Assembly (NCBI GenBank): GCA_023140215.1 | Contig: JAGLMC010000048.1 | Coordinates: forward strand, 379 to 64,378 | Length of the DNA: 64,000 nt | From: Alphaproteobacteria bacterium | GTDB lineage: Bacteria > Pseudomonadota > Alphaproteobacteria > Micavibrionales > Micavibrionaceae | Direction: 5' to 3' | Part shown: one piece after another, positions 26,444 through 34,393 of the stretch | How the letters are laid out: the number at the start of each line of letters is the position of its first letter | How positions within the stretch are numbered: the stretch's first letter is position 1 | Translations under genes and position numbers: made by a program | Notes under the pieces: generated by a model | Databases searched by the model: none | What the model saw: the letters and a program-made list of their open reading frames with translations, nothing else | Told to the model about the DNA's origin: nothing

Positions 26444-27067
26444 TTCTTTATTTTCAGTTTCGTCTTGCTTGAGTTTTGTCGTTGATTCTTGATCTTCCAC
26501 ATCTTTTATATCTTCCACATTTTCCACATAATGCACGCTTTTTAGAATATCACTAAAAAGTTTATCAGCGTTATTATTAGCCTCACCAATCAGCTCTGCT
26601 TCAACAGAAAGCGCAGATTGTTCTCCAATCCATAGCTGGGCAATATAGATAGTTGATGTACGACCAACCTTTCCTTCACCAACCAGTCCGGCTTGTTTAT
26701 AGTTTTCTTCTTCACGGTAAGATGTGTTGAAGGTTTTGACAACCGAGCGATCTGTCATAGCGCGTAAGGTAGCTTGCATAACATCACCGTTATAGTTTTT
26801 TTTCACTTCTTCACCAATTGGATTGCAAATCACGCGAAAATTCACAGTAGAAGCCATTTCAAAAACTTCTGTATAGCTAATCTGGTCATAACATTTCTTA
26901 TCACCGTCCTGATCGCACCGACGTGTTTTATATGGTTCGGTAGGAAATGTGACTGAAAATTCACAAAATTCAGGCTTGTATGTTGAAGGCTCATCCGCAT
27001 GTGAATTAGTTGCCATAATAAGAGTAGAAAGTATTAAAGTTAGAAACAACAAATGTATTTTATTCAT
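26426..27067 (-). CDS. Secreted hypothetical protein with four Cys and an acidic C-terminal tail
   Basis: The start is set at MNKIHLLFLTLILSTLIMATNSHA, a signal peptide. This start overlaps the hisS stop by 8 nt. The 3' end overlaps the sufE 3' end by 18 nt. I recognise no family. Confidence 0.55.
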   Translation of the reverse strand: MNKIHLLFLTLILSTLIMATNSHADEPSTYKPEFCEFSVTFPTEPYKTRRCDQDGDKKCYDQISYTEVFEMASTVNFRVICNPIGEEVKKNYNGDVMQATLRAMTDRSVVKTFNTSYREEENYKQAGLVGEGKVGRTSTIYIAQLWIGEQSALSVEAELIGEANNNADKLFSDILKSVHYVENVEDIKDVEDQESTTKLKQDETENKELEISE

Positions 27068-28448
27068 CTTTATTCCAATCATTTGTAGTAGTTGGTATTT
27101 GTTTGCCGGTTTCCATGTTTTTAACCTCATGTGGATTACCATTTTCAAATGGAGGAAACCATACATAAGGAATGCCTTTTTTTTCAGCGTAAGCAAGTTG
27201 GCGTTTTAACTTTCCACCGTGAAATACTTCAACATTAAATCCTCTACGGCGAAGGATAAGCCCTGTTTCATTAGCAACGCTTCGTTGTTCTTCAGAAGGC
27301 ATAACCACCAGAATATCAGCAGGAGAGCTTCCCTTTACAGGAAGTTTACCTTCTCGCCGGATTCTATCAAATAATCGGGAAAAGCCAATAGAAATACCAA
27401 CTCCGGGAAGCCTTTTGTTTATATAGTTACTTGTTAGATCGTTGTAACGTCCACCGGAACAGATCGAGCCATAGCCGGGATCTTCGGTGAAGACTGTCTC
27501 GTATACTGTGCCTGTATAATAATCCAGTCCGCGCACAATAGATAAATCAGCTACAACCGCCCCTTCGGGCAGGTGGGAGAGTTGTTCGAGTACAAATTTT
27601 AAATCTCTAAGTCCGTCAAAAACGTATCCGTGACCATCTATACCTTCAATTTTGTAAATAAAGTCTTGAATCTTACTAGGATCTGATGTTTTAAGACTAG
27701 CCATATCTATAAGCATTTTTGCCTGACCGGGGGTTAAATCAAGCTTGCCTAATGCGTAATATGTTTCATCATTGCCAATTTTTTCAAGTTTATCCATGAT
27801 ACGCATAACCTCAGGTATCTTGCTAATACCAAGCCCTAGGCAATACCCCATCAAAATTTTCCGATTACTAATTCGTATCTGTAATTTTTCATTTTCCATA
27901 CCGGGAAGAGAACTTAAAATCTCCCAGATAATTGCGGGCATTTCCGCATCAAAATGCAAAGGCAGGGAATCAATATTAATCACATCAATATCACATTGAT
28001 AAAATTCCCGGAATCGTCCTGCCTGTGGACGTTCACCGCGCCAGACTCGTTGTATCTGATAGCGTTTAAACGGAAAGATCAAATCATTAAAATGCTGGGC
28101 AACATATCGAGCCAGTGGAACTGTCTGGTCAAAATGTAACGCCAGACGAGCTTCTTTTTTTGTGATCCCTGTCAGGCCTTCGGCCTTCCCCGCCTCTTCA
28201 TCACCTTCTTCTTTATGTAATCGTTCCAGCACATAAACTTCTTTATCAACATCCGATCCATTATCGCCTTTAATATTGATAACATTCAGTTCTTCTACGC
28301 TCGGCGTTTCAATAGAGCAAAATCCATAACTTTCAAATATTTTTCGGATATGGTCAAACCATTGTTGCTCAATACGGCGTACTTCAGGAAGCCATTCTGG
28401 AAATCCGCTTATAGGCCGTGGTTTATATATTTTCTTTTTATCGGTCAT
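27060..28448 (-). CDS. hisS: Histidine--tRNA ligase (alphaproteobacterial-type)
   Basis: 462 aa. It shows class II aaRS motifs of the HisRS type (GFPEWLP, RVWRGERPQAGRFREFYQCDIDV, GGRYDNL-like GGRYNDL) and a C-terminal anticodon-binding domain. Confidence 0.8.
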   Translation of the reverse strand: MTDKKKIYKPRPISGFPEWLPEVRRIEQQWFDHIRKIFESYGFCSIETPSVEELNVINIKGDNGSDVDKEVYVLERLHKEEGDEEAGKAEGLTGITKKEARLALHFDQTVPLARYVAQHFNDLIFPFKRYQIQRVWRGERPQAGRFREFYQCDIDVINIDSLPLHFDAEMPAIIWEILSSLPGMENEKLQIRISNRKILMGYCLGLGISKIPEVMRIMDKLEKIGNDETYYALGKLDLTPGQAKMLIDMASLKTSDPSKIQDFIYKIEGIDGHGYVFDGLRDLKFVLEQLSHLPEGAVVADLSIVRGLDYYTGTVYETVFTEDPGYGSICSGGRYNDLTSNYINKRLPGVGISIGFSRLFDRIRREGKLPVKGSSPADILVVMPSEEQRSVANETGLILRRRGFNVEVFHGGKLKRQLAYAEKKGIPYVWFPPFENGNPHEVKNMETGKQIPTTTNDWNKDE

Positions 28449-28615
28449 GATTTTGTTTTACGTGCATGACCGCGTGTAGTCTAGTAGGAAAATCGAAAAA
28501 TATATGAAAATTTTAAATTCGCTATAAACAATTTTTTGGATACAGCTATGGCCTTGTTATTTTTAACATATGAAAATATTCCTATAATGTCAAGCTTTTT
28601 ATTTATTTTTTTCTT

Positions 28616-30448
28616 TTAATGCTTTTCTTCAAATAAATCATCAAGCTGCCCGACAAGCGCTTCAGCAAGTTCATCAACATCAGTAATGGTAATAGCTCGT
28701 TTATAATATTGAGTTACATCATGTCCGATTCCGATAGCTGTTATCTCGATCATGGATTTTTTTTCAATCCACTGAATCATGTTACGCAAATCCAGTTCGA
28801 GAATATTAGATGGATTAACGGATAGAGTTGAATCATCAACCGGCGCACCATCAGAAATAACCATTAGAATTTTACGTTCTTCAGGACGTTTGCTTAGGCG
28901 GTTATGCGCCCAAACAAGTGCTTCACCATCAATATTTTCCTTTAGCAATCCTTCCTTGAGCATCAGTGCAATATTTTTTCGTGTACGGCGCATTGGAGCA
29001 TCGGCAGCTTTATAGATAATATGACGAACATCATTCAAACGTCCCGGATTTGAATGGCGACCGTTTTCTATCCAAAGATCACGGGACTTTCCACCTTTCC
29101 ATCCGCGTGTTGTAAAGCCTAAAATTTCTACTTTCACGCCACACCGTTCCAGAGTTCTGGCAACAATGTCAGTTGTCATTGCAGCGATAGCAATAGGCCG
29201 TCCACGCATTGATCCGGAATTATCAATCAGCAGCGTTACAACAGTATCGCGGAAGTCAGTTTCTTTTTCCTGTTTAAATGTTATGGGTACATTAGGATTA
29301 GCAATCACGCGGGCAAAGCGCGAATTATCAAGAATGCCGTCTTCAAGATCAAACTCCCAGCTTCTACGCTGTTGCGCCATGACCTTGCGTTGCAAACGGT
29401 TTGCAAGTTTTGCAATAATTGTTTGATGTTGGTAAAGCTGTTTATCCAATGCTAAACGTAGCCTATTAAGCTCTTCAGGCTCGGCCAGATTTTCAGCCTC
29501 GATTTCTTCATCAAATGCAGTTGTATAAACAGTGTAATAACCATCTATACCATGCTCATAGCCTTCAGGGCGATTAACTCTAGCATTTCCCGACATTTCC
29601 ATATTTGGTTGATCCGTTGTATCCTCAGGTGAGTTGTCCTGACCATCTTCAGCATCATCTAAGTCTTGCTCTCCTTCTTGTTCATTGAGTATTTCCATGC
29701 CTGATTGTTCTTGCTCAGAGCTATCTTGATTGTCTTGCTCATCGCTTTGCTCAGAGTCTTTATCATCTTTTGCCTGTCTTTCTTGCTCATCAGATATGCT
29801 TTCACCAACATCCATATCAAGCGCGGTTATAAGCTTGCGTGTTATATTAGCGTAAGATTTCTGATCGTGAAGCAGTGGTTTAAGATCATCAAAGCCAAAT
29901 GTTTGCAGATGTTTATCTATCCATGGTTTCCATAGCTCTATTAGCTTGGCGGATGATGGAGGAGGCTTTTCTTCTGTAAGAGCTAAACGACATAGTATAT
30001 GTAGCGCATCACCGAGCTGAACTTGTTCACGGTTTGTAATATTTTGATATCCCGATCTGCGGCATTTTTCTTCCAGCACTGCATTAAGGTTACTACCGAT
30101 ACCGCTCATTTCTTTAGAGCCTAGAGCTTCACAGCGGGCTTGTTCCAGAGATGTAAAAGCTTGCGATGCTTCCAAATTTCGCGGGCAGTTTTGTAAATGC
30201 AGTTTTTGATTGTGGTATGCAAGGTGAAGAGCCTGTACATCCGCACATCCGCGTATAAGCTGAACAGATTTTGCATTCATGTCATGATCTGGCAGAGGAA
30301 GCCGTAGCGTAGTTTCGGGAGATATTCTGCCAATAGGCGGCTCTCCGGATGAAAAATTAATATCAAGCTCCTGCTTGCCGGAAATTGTGCGCAATACGCC
30401 GGCCGTAGAGTTCTTGAATGTTTCTATGTTGTTTTGAATATTTGACAT
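28616..30448 (-). CDS. cobT: CobT-like vWA-domain protein (annotated as a cobaltochelatase subunit in databases)
   Basis: 610 aa. There is a central acidic low-complexity region, and the C-terminal vWA domain carries the MIDAS motif LLIDNSGSM. Confidence 0.85.
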   Translation of the reverse strand: MSNIQNNIETFKNSTAGVLRTISGKQELDINFSSGEPPIGRISPETTLRLPLPDHDMNAKSVQLIRGCADVQALHLAYHNQKLHLQNCPRNLEASQAFTSLEQARCEALGSKEMSGIGSNLNAVLEEKCRRSGYQNITNREQVQLGDALHILCRLALTEEKPPPSSAKLIELWKPWIDKHLQTFGFDDLKPLLHDQKSYANITRKLITALDMDVGESISDEQERQAKDDKDSEQSDEQDNQDSSEQEQSGMEILNEQEGEQDLDDAEDGQDNSPEDTTDQPNMEMSGNARVNRPEGYEHGIDGYYTVYTTAFDEEIEAENLAEPEELNRLRLALDKQLYQHQTIIAKLANRLQRKVMAQQRRSWEFDLEDGILDNSRFARVIANPNVPITFKQEKETDFRDTVVTLLIDNSGSMRGRPIAIAAMTTDIVARTLERCGVKVEILGFTTRGWKGGKSRDLWIENGRHSNPGRLNDVRHIIYKAADAPMRRTRKNIALMLKEGLLKENIDGEALVWAHNRLSKRPEERKILMVISDGAPVDDSTLSVNPSNILELDLRNMIQWIEKKSMIEITAIGIGHDVTQYYKRAITITDVDELAEALVGQLDDLFEEKH

Positions 30449-30493
30449 ACCTAGAAACTATCCTACCATTTAAAGGTAGGCTATAGCTTTTTT

Positions 30494-30549
30494 ATTGACA
30501 TAATTATTATTTTTTCGTATTGTCTTTTTACTTTTAGGTTCAATGAAAG
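30494..30549 (+). repeat. Left copy of the direct repeat bracketing the cobT/cobS-interrupting cassette
   Basis: ATTGACATAATTATTATTTT[ttcgtattgtcttttta]CTTTTAGGTTCAATGAAAG. The blocks outside the brackets match 31899..31938 at 38 of 39 positions. Confidence 0.85.
30495..30523 (+). promoter_or_regulatory. Candidate sigma70-type promoter for the cassette
   Basis: TTGACA (30495..30500), a 17-nt spacer, then TATTGT (30518..30523), ~44 nt upstream of the ATG at 30567. It is a pattern only. Confidence 0.35.
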
Positions 30550-30566
30550 AATTGTGAGAGAAGAAA

Positions 30567-31118
30567 ATGGCACCAAAGCTTAGAGTAATTGCTAATGAAC
30601 ATTACAAGGATCCAAATACAGATTCAGTTTCATATCGAGATTTATTTCGACTTCAAGCTCTAGCCAAATGCGGTAGAGTTCCCACAGATGACAATACAGA
30701 TGTTAATAGGATAAGCGCTGTGTCAGAACAGTCAGCTAGTGTAATAGCTTTAGAAAGCATTCAATTTGTCCGAGATTTAGTTGTAAGAACGTCCTCAGAT
30801 TTAAAAAGTCTTCAAAAAAATATAGATTATCTAGAAGAATTAGAACTTTTTATTCACGAAAGTATCCTAAATTTAGAAAAGGATATATGGACAATATCTA
30901 TAGAGGATGTATTAGAGGTATTTAAAAGCTTAAAGAATCGTTCTTTCGATGGTCAAAAGCAAGTTTTATCAGAGTATCTAGATATTTTAAAGGATACAGA
31001 GGATAAATTGAAAAAGGTGGGTACATTACAACAATCGACAACTGTCGTGACACAGTCACCCCAGAGCAACATATTTAATACGGGATCGTTATGGCCACGT
31101 TTCAGTTATACTCCGTGA
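30567..31118 (+). CDS. Orphan hypothetical protein (cassette gene 1)
   Basis: 183 aa. The RBS-like GAGAGAAG sits upstream. There is no signal peptide, the composition looks helical/coiled, and I recognise no family. It is AT-rich (15 G+C in 30781..30840). Confidence 0.55.
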   Translation: MAPKLRVIANEHYKDPNTDSVSYRDLFRLQALAKCGRVPTDDNTDVNRISAVSEQSASVIALESIQFVRDLVVRTSSDLKSLQKNIDYLEELELFIHESILNLEKDIWTISIEDVLEVFKSLKNRSFDGQKQVLSEYLDILKDTEDKLKKVGTLQQSTTVVTQSPQSNIFNTGSLWPRFSYTP

Positions 31119-31129
31119 GAGAATAAAAA

Positions 31130-31888
31130 ATGAAATTGAATGGAGTTTTTGGAAAAGTTGCTGGCATTGCTAGTGTGGCAGTTCTTACATTAGGATTAAC
31201 TGCATGCGCTACTTTAGATGTTAGTGATAAGCCAATCATTGATGATAAGCAAACAGAGGCAAGCGCTACGTCAAAACCTGTGAAAATGCCGTCAAAGAAA
31301 GAATTGCTTTTAGAACATATTGGAATACTTCGTAATAATGTAGAAAATCGCTTAAATATTAAATATGGTTTAAGTAAGCAAGAGATTCAATTTGCTTTAT
31401 CTATAATGGAGGGTTTAAGTGAGCAAAAGATTCAATATGCTTTATTTGTAATGGAGGGTTTAAGTAAGCAAGAGATTCAATTTGCTTTATCTTTGATAGA
31501 AGATTTAAGTGTGCAAGAGATTCAAGAGAGTTTAAATGATCAAGAGGTTTTAAGAGAATTATGGAGTCAAGAGGGTTTAAGTGAGCAAGAGATTCAACAT
31601 GCTTTATTTGTAATGGAGGGTTTAAGTAAGCAAGAGATTCAATATATTTTATCCATAATAGAACCTTTAATAACAGAACCAAGAGAGATAATAACAAAAC
31701 TAAAAGAAATAGTAAAATTAGATACTTTAATAGGTAGAGTTATCAAACTTTCTGAAAATTCATTGAAAGGAGGGGTTGTAATCACTGAGATAATAAAAGA
31801 ACAAATTGCCGAAAGAAAAAAAGATAATGAAAAGCTACCTATAATAGTACCTGAAAATATCTTTAAGCCATCACCGTTTCGGATTTAA
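31130..31888 (+). CDS. Lipoprotein with six 15-aa tandem repeats (cassette gene 2)
   Basis: 252 aa. The signal peptide has the lipobox L-T-A-C (TLGLTACAT). The repeats follow GLS[KE]Q[EK]IQ[FYH]AL[SF][ILV][MI]E. It starts 11 nt after gene 1 and has a similar GTGAGAGAA RBS region. Confidence 0.7.
   Translation: MKLNGVFGKVAGIASVAVLTLGLTACATLDVSDKPIIDDKQTEASATSKPVKMPSKKELLLEHIGILRNNVENRLNIKYGLSKQEIQFALSIMEGLSEQKIQYALFVMEGLSKQEIQFALSLIEDLSVQEIQESLNDQEVLRELWSQEGLSEQEIQHALFVMEGLSKQEIQYILSIIEPLITEPREIITKLKEIVKLDTLIGRVIKLSENSLKGGVVITEIIKEQIAERKKDNEKLPIIVPENIFKPSPFRI
31367..31663 (+). repeat. 45-bp in-frame tandem repeat array (six units, one 27-bp interruption)
   Basis: The units are 31367-31411, 31412-31456, 31457-31501, 31502-31546 (diverged), then 31574-31618 and 31619-31663. 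The consensus is ggtttaagtaagcaagagattcaat(t/a)tgctttat...atggag. Confidence 0.9.
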
Positions 31889-31898
31889 TAGTTTTTCC

Positions 31899-31938
31899 AT
31901 TGACATAATTGTTATTTTGCTTTTAGGTTCAATGAAAG
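31899..31938 (+). repeat. Right copy of the direct repeat bracketing the cassette
   Basis: ATTGACATAATTGTTATTTT[g]CTTTTAGGTTCAATGAAAG. It ends 6 nt before the cobS stop codon (31945..31947). Confidence 0.85.
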
Positions 31939-31944
31939 TACCGT

Positions 31945-32994
31945 CTACACCACAGCCACATTCCGAATAGCACTTTCCGGAAGTTCAATATCAAAGCAAC
32001 GCTGATAATATTCAGCAATTAACGGACGTTCGGTTTCATCACATTTATTCAAGAATGAAAGCTGAAATGCAATTTCCTTATCTTTAAAGATAAGCATATT
32101 CTCAATCCATGTTATGACTGTACGCGGAGACATAAGCGTTGATAAATCACCATTAATAAAGCCTTTACGGGTTAAATCTGCCATACGCACCATGCCATCA
32201 ATATCACTTCGGCCTTTCTCATTATCCAGCTCTGGAAACTTGGCTAGCATAATTCCCATTTCATCATCATGCGGAAGATAGTTAAGTGTAGCGACAATGT
32301 TCCACCTGTCCATTTGTCCCTGATTGATTTGTTGCGTGCCGTGGTAAAGACCTGTTGTATCGCCTAGTCCTACCGTATTGGCTGTTGAAAAAAGCCTGAA
32401 CGCCGGATGTGGGCGAATAATGCGATTTTGATCGAGAAGGGTAAGCGCACCTTCGGCCTCTAAAATACGCTGTATTACAAACATTACGTCCGGCCGTCCG
32501 GCATCATATTCATCAAACACAAGAGCAATCGGGTTTTGTATTGACCATGGTAGCAGACCATCAACCCAGCGTGTGATTTGTTTATTCTCTTGCAGAACAA
32601 TAGTGTCTTTACCGATTAAATCAACGCGGCTAACGTGTGAATCCAGATTGATTCTAACGCACGGCCAGTTAAGGCGAGCGGCGACTTGTTCAATATGTGT
32701 TGATTTACCTGTACCGTGATATCCTTGAATCATCACACGTCGGTTATGACTAAAGCCGGCCAAAATCGCCAGAGTTGTATCATGGTCGAATTGATATGCT
32801 TTGTCTGTTTTCGGAACATTGGCATTTTCTTCACTGAATGCGGGAACTTCCCAGTCACTATCCAGACCGAATGTTTCACGTACACTGAGCCTTATATCCG
32901 GAATAGAAGTGTATTTTCCTTCTTTGGCTTTAATATTGGTGATGTCAAAAGACATACCGGCAGCTTCTTTTTCTTTATTTAGTTCATCGGGCAT
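31945..32994 (-). CDS. cobS: CobS-like MoxR-type AAA+ ATPase
   Basis: GYHGTGKSTHIEQVAARLNWPCVRINLDSHVSRVDLIGKD (Walker A) and LVFDEYDAGRPDV (Walker B) are present. The start is set at ATG 32994 (MPDELNK...), 4 nt after the J-protein stop. The track start at 33024 is a TTG inside the upstream gene. Confidence 0.9.
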   Translation of the reverse strand: MPDELNKEKEAAGMSFDITNIKAKEGKYTSIPDIRLSVRETFGLDSDWEVPAFSEENANVPKTDKAYQFDHDTTLAILAGFSHNRRVMIQGYHGTGKSTHIEQVAARLNWPCVRINLDSHVSRVDLIGKDTIVLQENKQITRWVDGLLPWSIQNPIALVFDEYDAGRPDVMFVIQRILEAEGALTLLDQNRIIRPHPAFRLFSTANTVGLGDTTGLYHGTQQINQGQMDRWNIVATLNYLPHDDEMGIMLAKFPELDNEKGRSDIDGMVRMADLTRKGFINGDLSTLMSPRTVITWIENMLIFKDKEIAFQLSFLNKCDETERPLIAEYYQRCFDIELPESAIRNVAVV

Positions 32995-32998
32995 TGTC

Positions 32999-33610
32999 TT
33001 AATATCTTTCAGGTAGTTCTTCAAATTGCTTATATGCGAGCTTCAATATGGTATAGGCCATATTAATATGTTTGAGAAGCTCTTCAGATTCAAGGCAGCC
33101 GTGATTAAGATCCGGATGATGCTTTTTAGCCAGAGTTTTATAACGCTTTTTGATTTTATCAAGCGTTATAGGTGGCTCAAGTCCCATGAGAGCCAATGCC
33201 TCAAATTCAGGAGTGTTACGGTCAATTCCGGTATAGCCGGATTTGTGGTGTTGTTGATTTTTCTCTGAGTCATTATCTGTAAAAGAATATGTTTGTTGTG
33301 CTTTTTTCCTAAGAATATCATCTGCTGCACTTTGTGGGTCATAACGCCATGTTGGCCGGTGACCATACATAGCACTTGTCATATGCTCTTGAACCTCTGC
33401 ATTTGACATACCGGAAAAGAAATTCCATGCTTTGTTATATTCTTTAATGTGTTCCAGACAAAATGTATAATGCTCGTTTAGCCCTCTGTGTTTTGGTGCT
33501 TTATATTCTCCACGTAATTCACATCCCGGCATATCACAGCATTGTGTAATATGATCTTTCTTTGTATCTGCGAATTCCGCTGATTTAGGTTTGAGAACAA
33601 TTTTTGGCAT
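32999..33610 (-). CDS. J-domain protein with a Cys/His-rich N-terminal region
   Basis: 203 aa. The C-terminal J domain reads KIKKRYKTLAKKHHPDLNHG (HPD motif). The N-terminal region reads CCDMPGC...FCLEH. It lies immediately upstream of cobS. Confidence 0.8.
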   Translation of the reverse strand: MPKIVLKPKSAEFADTKKDHITQCCDMPGCELRGEYKAPKHRGLNEHYTFCLEHIKEYNKAWNFFSGMSNAEVQEHMTSAMYGHRPTWRYDPQSAADDILRKKAQQTYSFTDNDSEKNQQHHKSGYTGIDRNTPEFEALALMGLEPPITLDKIKKRYKTLAKKHHPDLNHGCLESEELLKHINMAYTILKLAYKQFEELPERY

Positions 33611-33898
33611 TGATTATAAAATTAAACTTTTAAGGTAATTATAGCGACTTGCATTTTATGTGAATATGGTAATTGTTTTTTTATTTAAAGCTTCACTAAA
33701 CTACGGCAAGCGGGAATATATTAAACTAATATGTCCCCAAAGCAAGTGTTTCCAATTTAAGTTAATATATATGAGTATAATAAAAACAACTCTTTACACC
33801 CATAGGTTGTGTTGTTATATATATTCTTAAGTGTAGTAGAGGACGATTGTAACCAAAGGTTGTTTTTGTGTTTTGCTATTTTAATGTGGGGGATAAAT

Positions 33899-34348
33899 AT
33901 GCAAAATAGTGTATCTTACGGTCAATGTGTATTAGAGGAAGAAGATGTTTTAAAAACCAGTCTGGTTAGTAGAAATATTACGGTTTCAGGACGAAGAACA
34001 TCTGTGAGATTAGAGCCTGAAATGTGGACAGCACTTCGGGAAATTGCAAGGCGTGAAAATTGTACAATTCATGATATTTGTACTTTGATAAGTTTTCGTA
34101 AAAAGGAAAATTCATCTTTGACAGCAGCTATTCGAGTTTTTTTGATGCTGTATTTTCGTGCTGCGACTACAGAAGATGGGCATAACAGGGCAGGGCATGG
34201 AAATTTTGAACATATGCAAAAGCGTGCCCGTGTTCCAAGTAGACTCGCTTCTTTGTTATCTGAAAAAAACAGATCATTTAATATATCTACAAAAGGAAAT
34301 TCATTAGATTTGGATATTAGAAAAGAAGCATTTGGAAGTAGTGCGTAG
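33899..34348 (+). CDS. Ribbon-helix-helix domain protein (RHH_4-like)
   Basis: RNITVSGRRTSVRLEPEMWTALREIARRENCTIHDICTLI fits the RHH family that is often mis-annotated as aryl-sulfate sulfotransferase. The start is set at ATG 33899, preceded by GGGGGA. Confidence 0.65.
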   Translation: MQNSVSYGQCVLEEEDVLKTSLVSRNITVSGRRTSVRLEPEMWTALREIARRENCTIHDICTLISFRKKENSSLTAAIRVFLMLYFRAATTEDGHNRAGHGNFEHMQKRARVPSRLASLLSEKNRSFNISTKGNSLDLDIRKEAFGSSA

Positions 34349-34393
34349 AATATAAAGCCAAACGATTATATTTCTAAAAACGGGGATATTATC

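Noticed and set aside
31401-31697. A 98-aa antisense ORF lies across the lipoprotein repeat array.
   Set aside because: It is open only because the 45-bp repeat lacks stop codons on the opposite strand. It is itself periodic and has no start context. The sense frame has a lipoprotein signal and RBS.
28616-32994. I considered cobS/cobT as evidence for cobalamin biosynthesis.
   Set aside because: No cobN, other cob/cbi genes, or B12 riboswitch lie nearby. These homologues are known to persist in alphaproteobacteria lacking the pathway, so I kept the names only as family labels.
32995-33024. The cobS start given by the track at 33024 (TTG) overlaps the J-protein gene by 26 nt.
   Set aside because: An ATG at 32994, 4 nt after the J-protein stop, gives a conventional coupled arrangement, and the extra 10 residues have no CobS similarity. 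The longer form cannot be excluded without experimental data.
33809-33898. The track gives a 30-codon N-terminal extension of the RHH protein ORF, with a GTG/TTG-type start.
   Set aside because: The extension is hydrophobic and low-complexity with no RBS. The ATG at 33899 is preceded by GGGGGA and gives the family-typical length.
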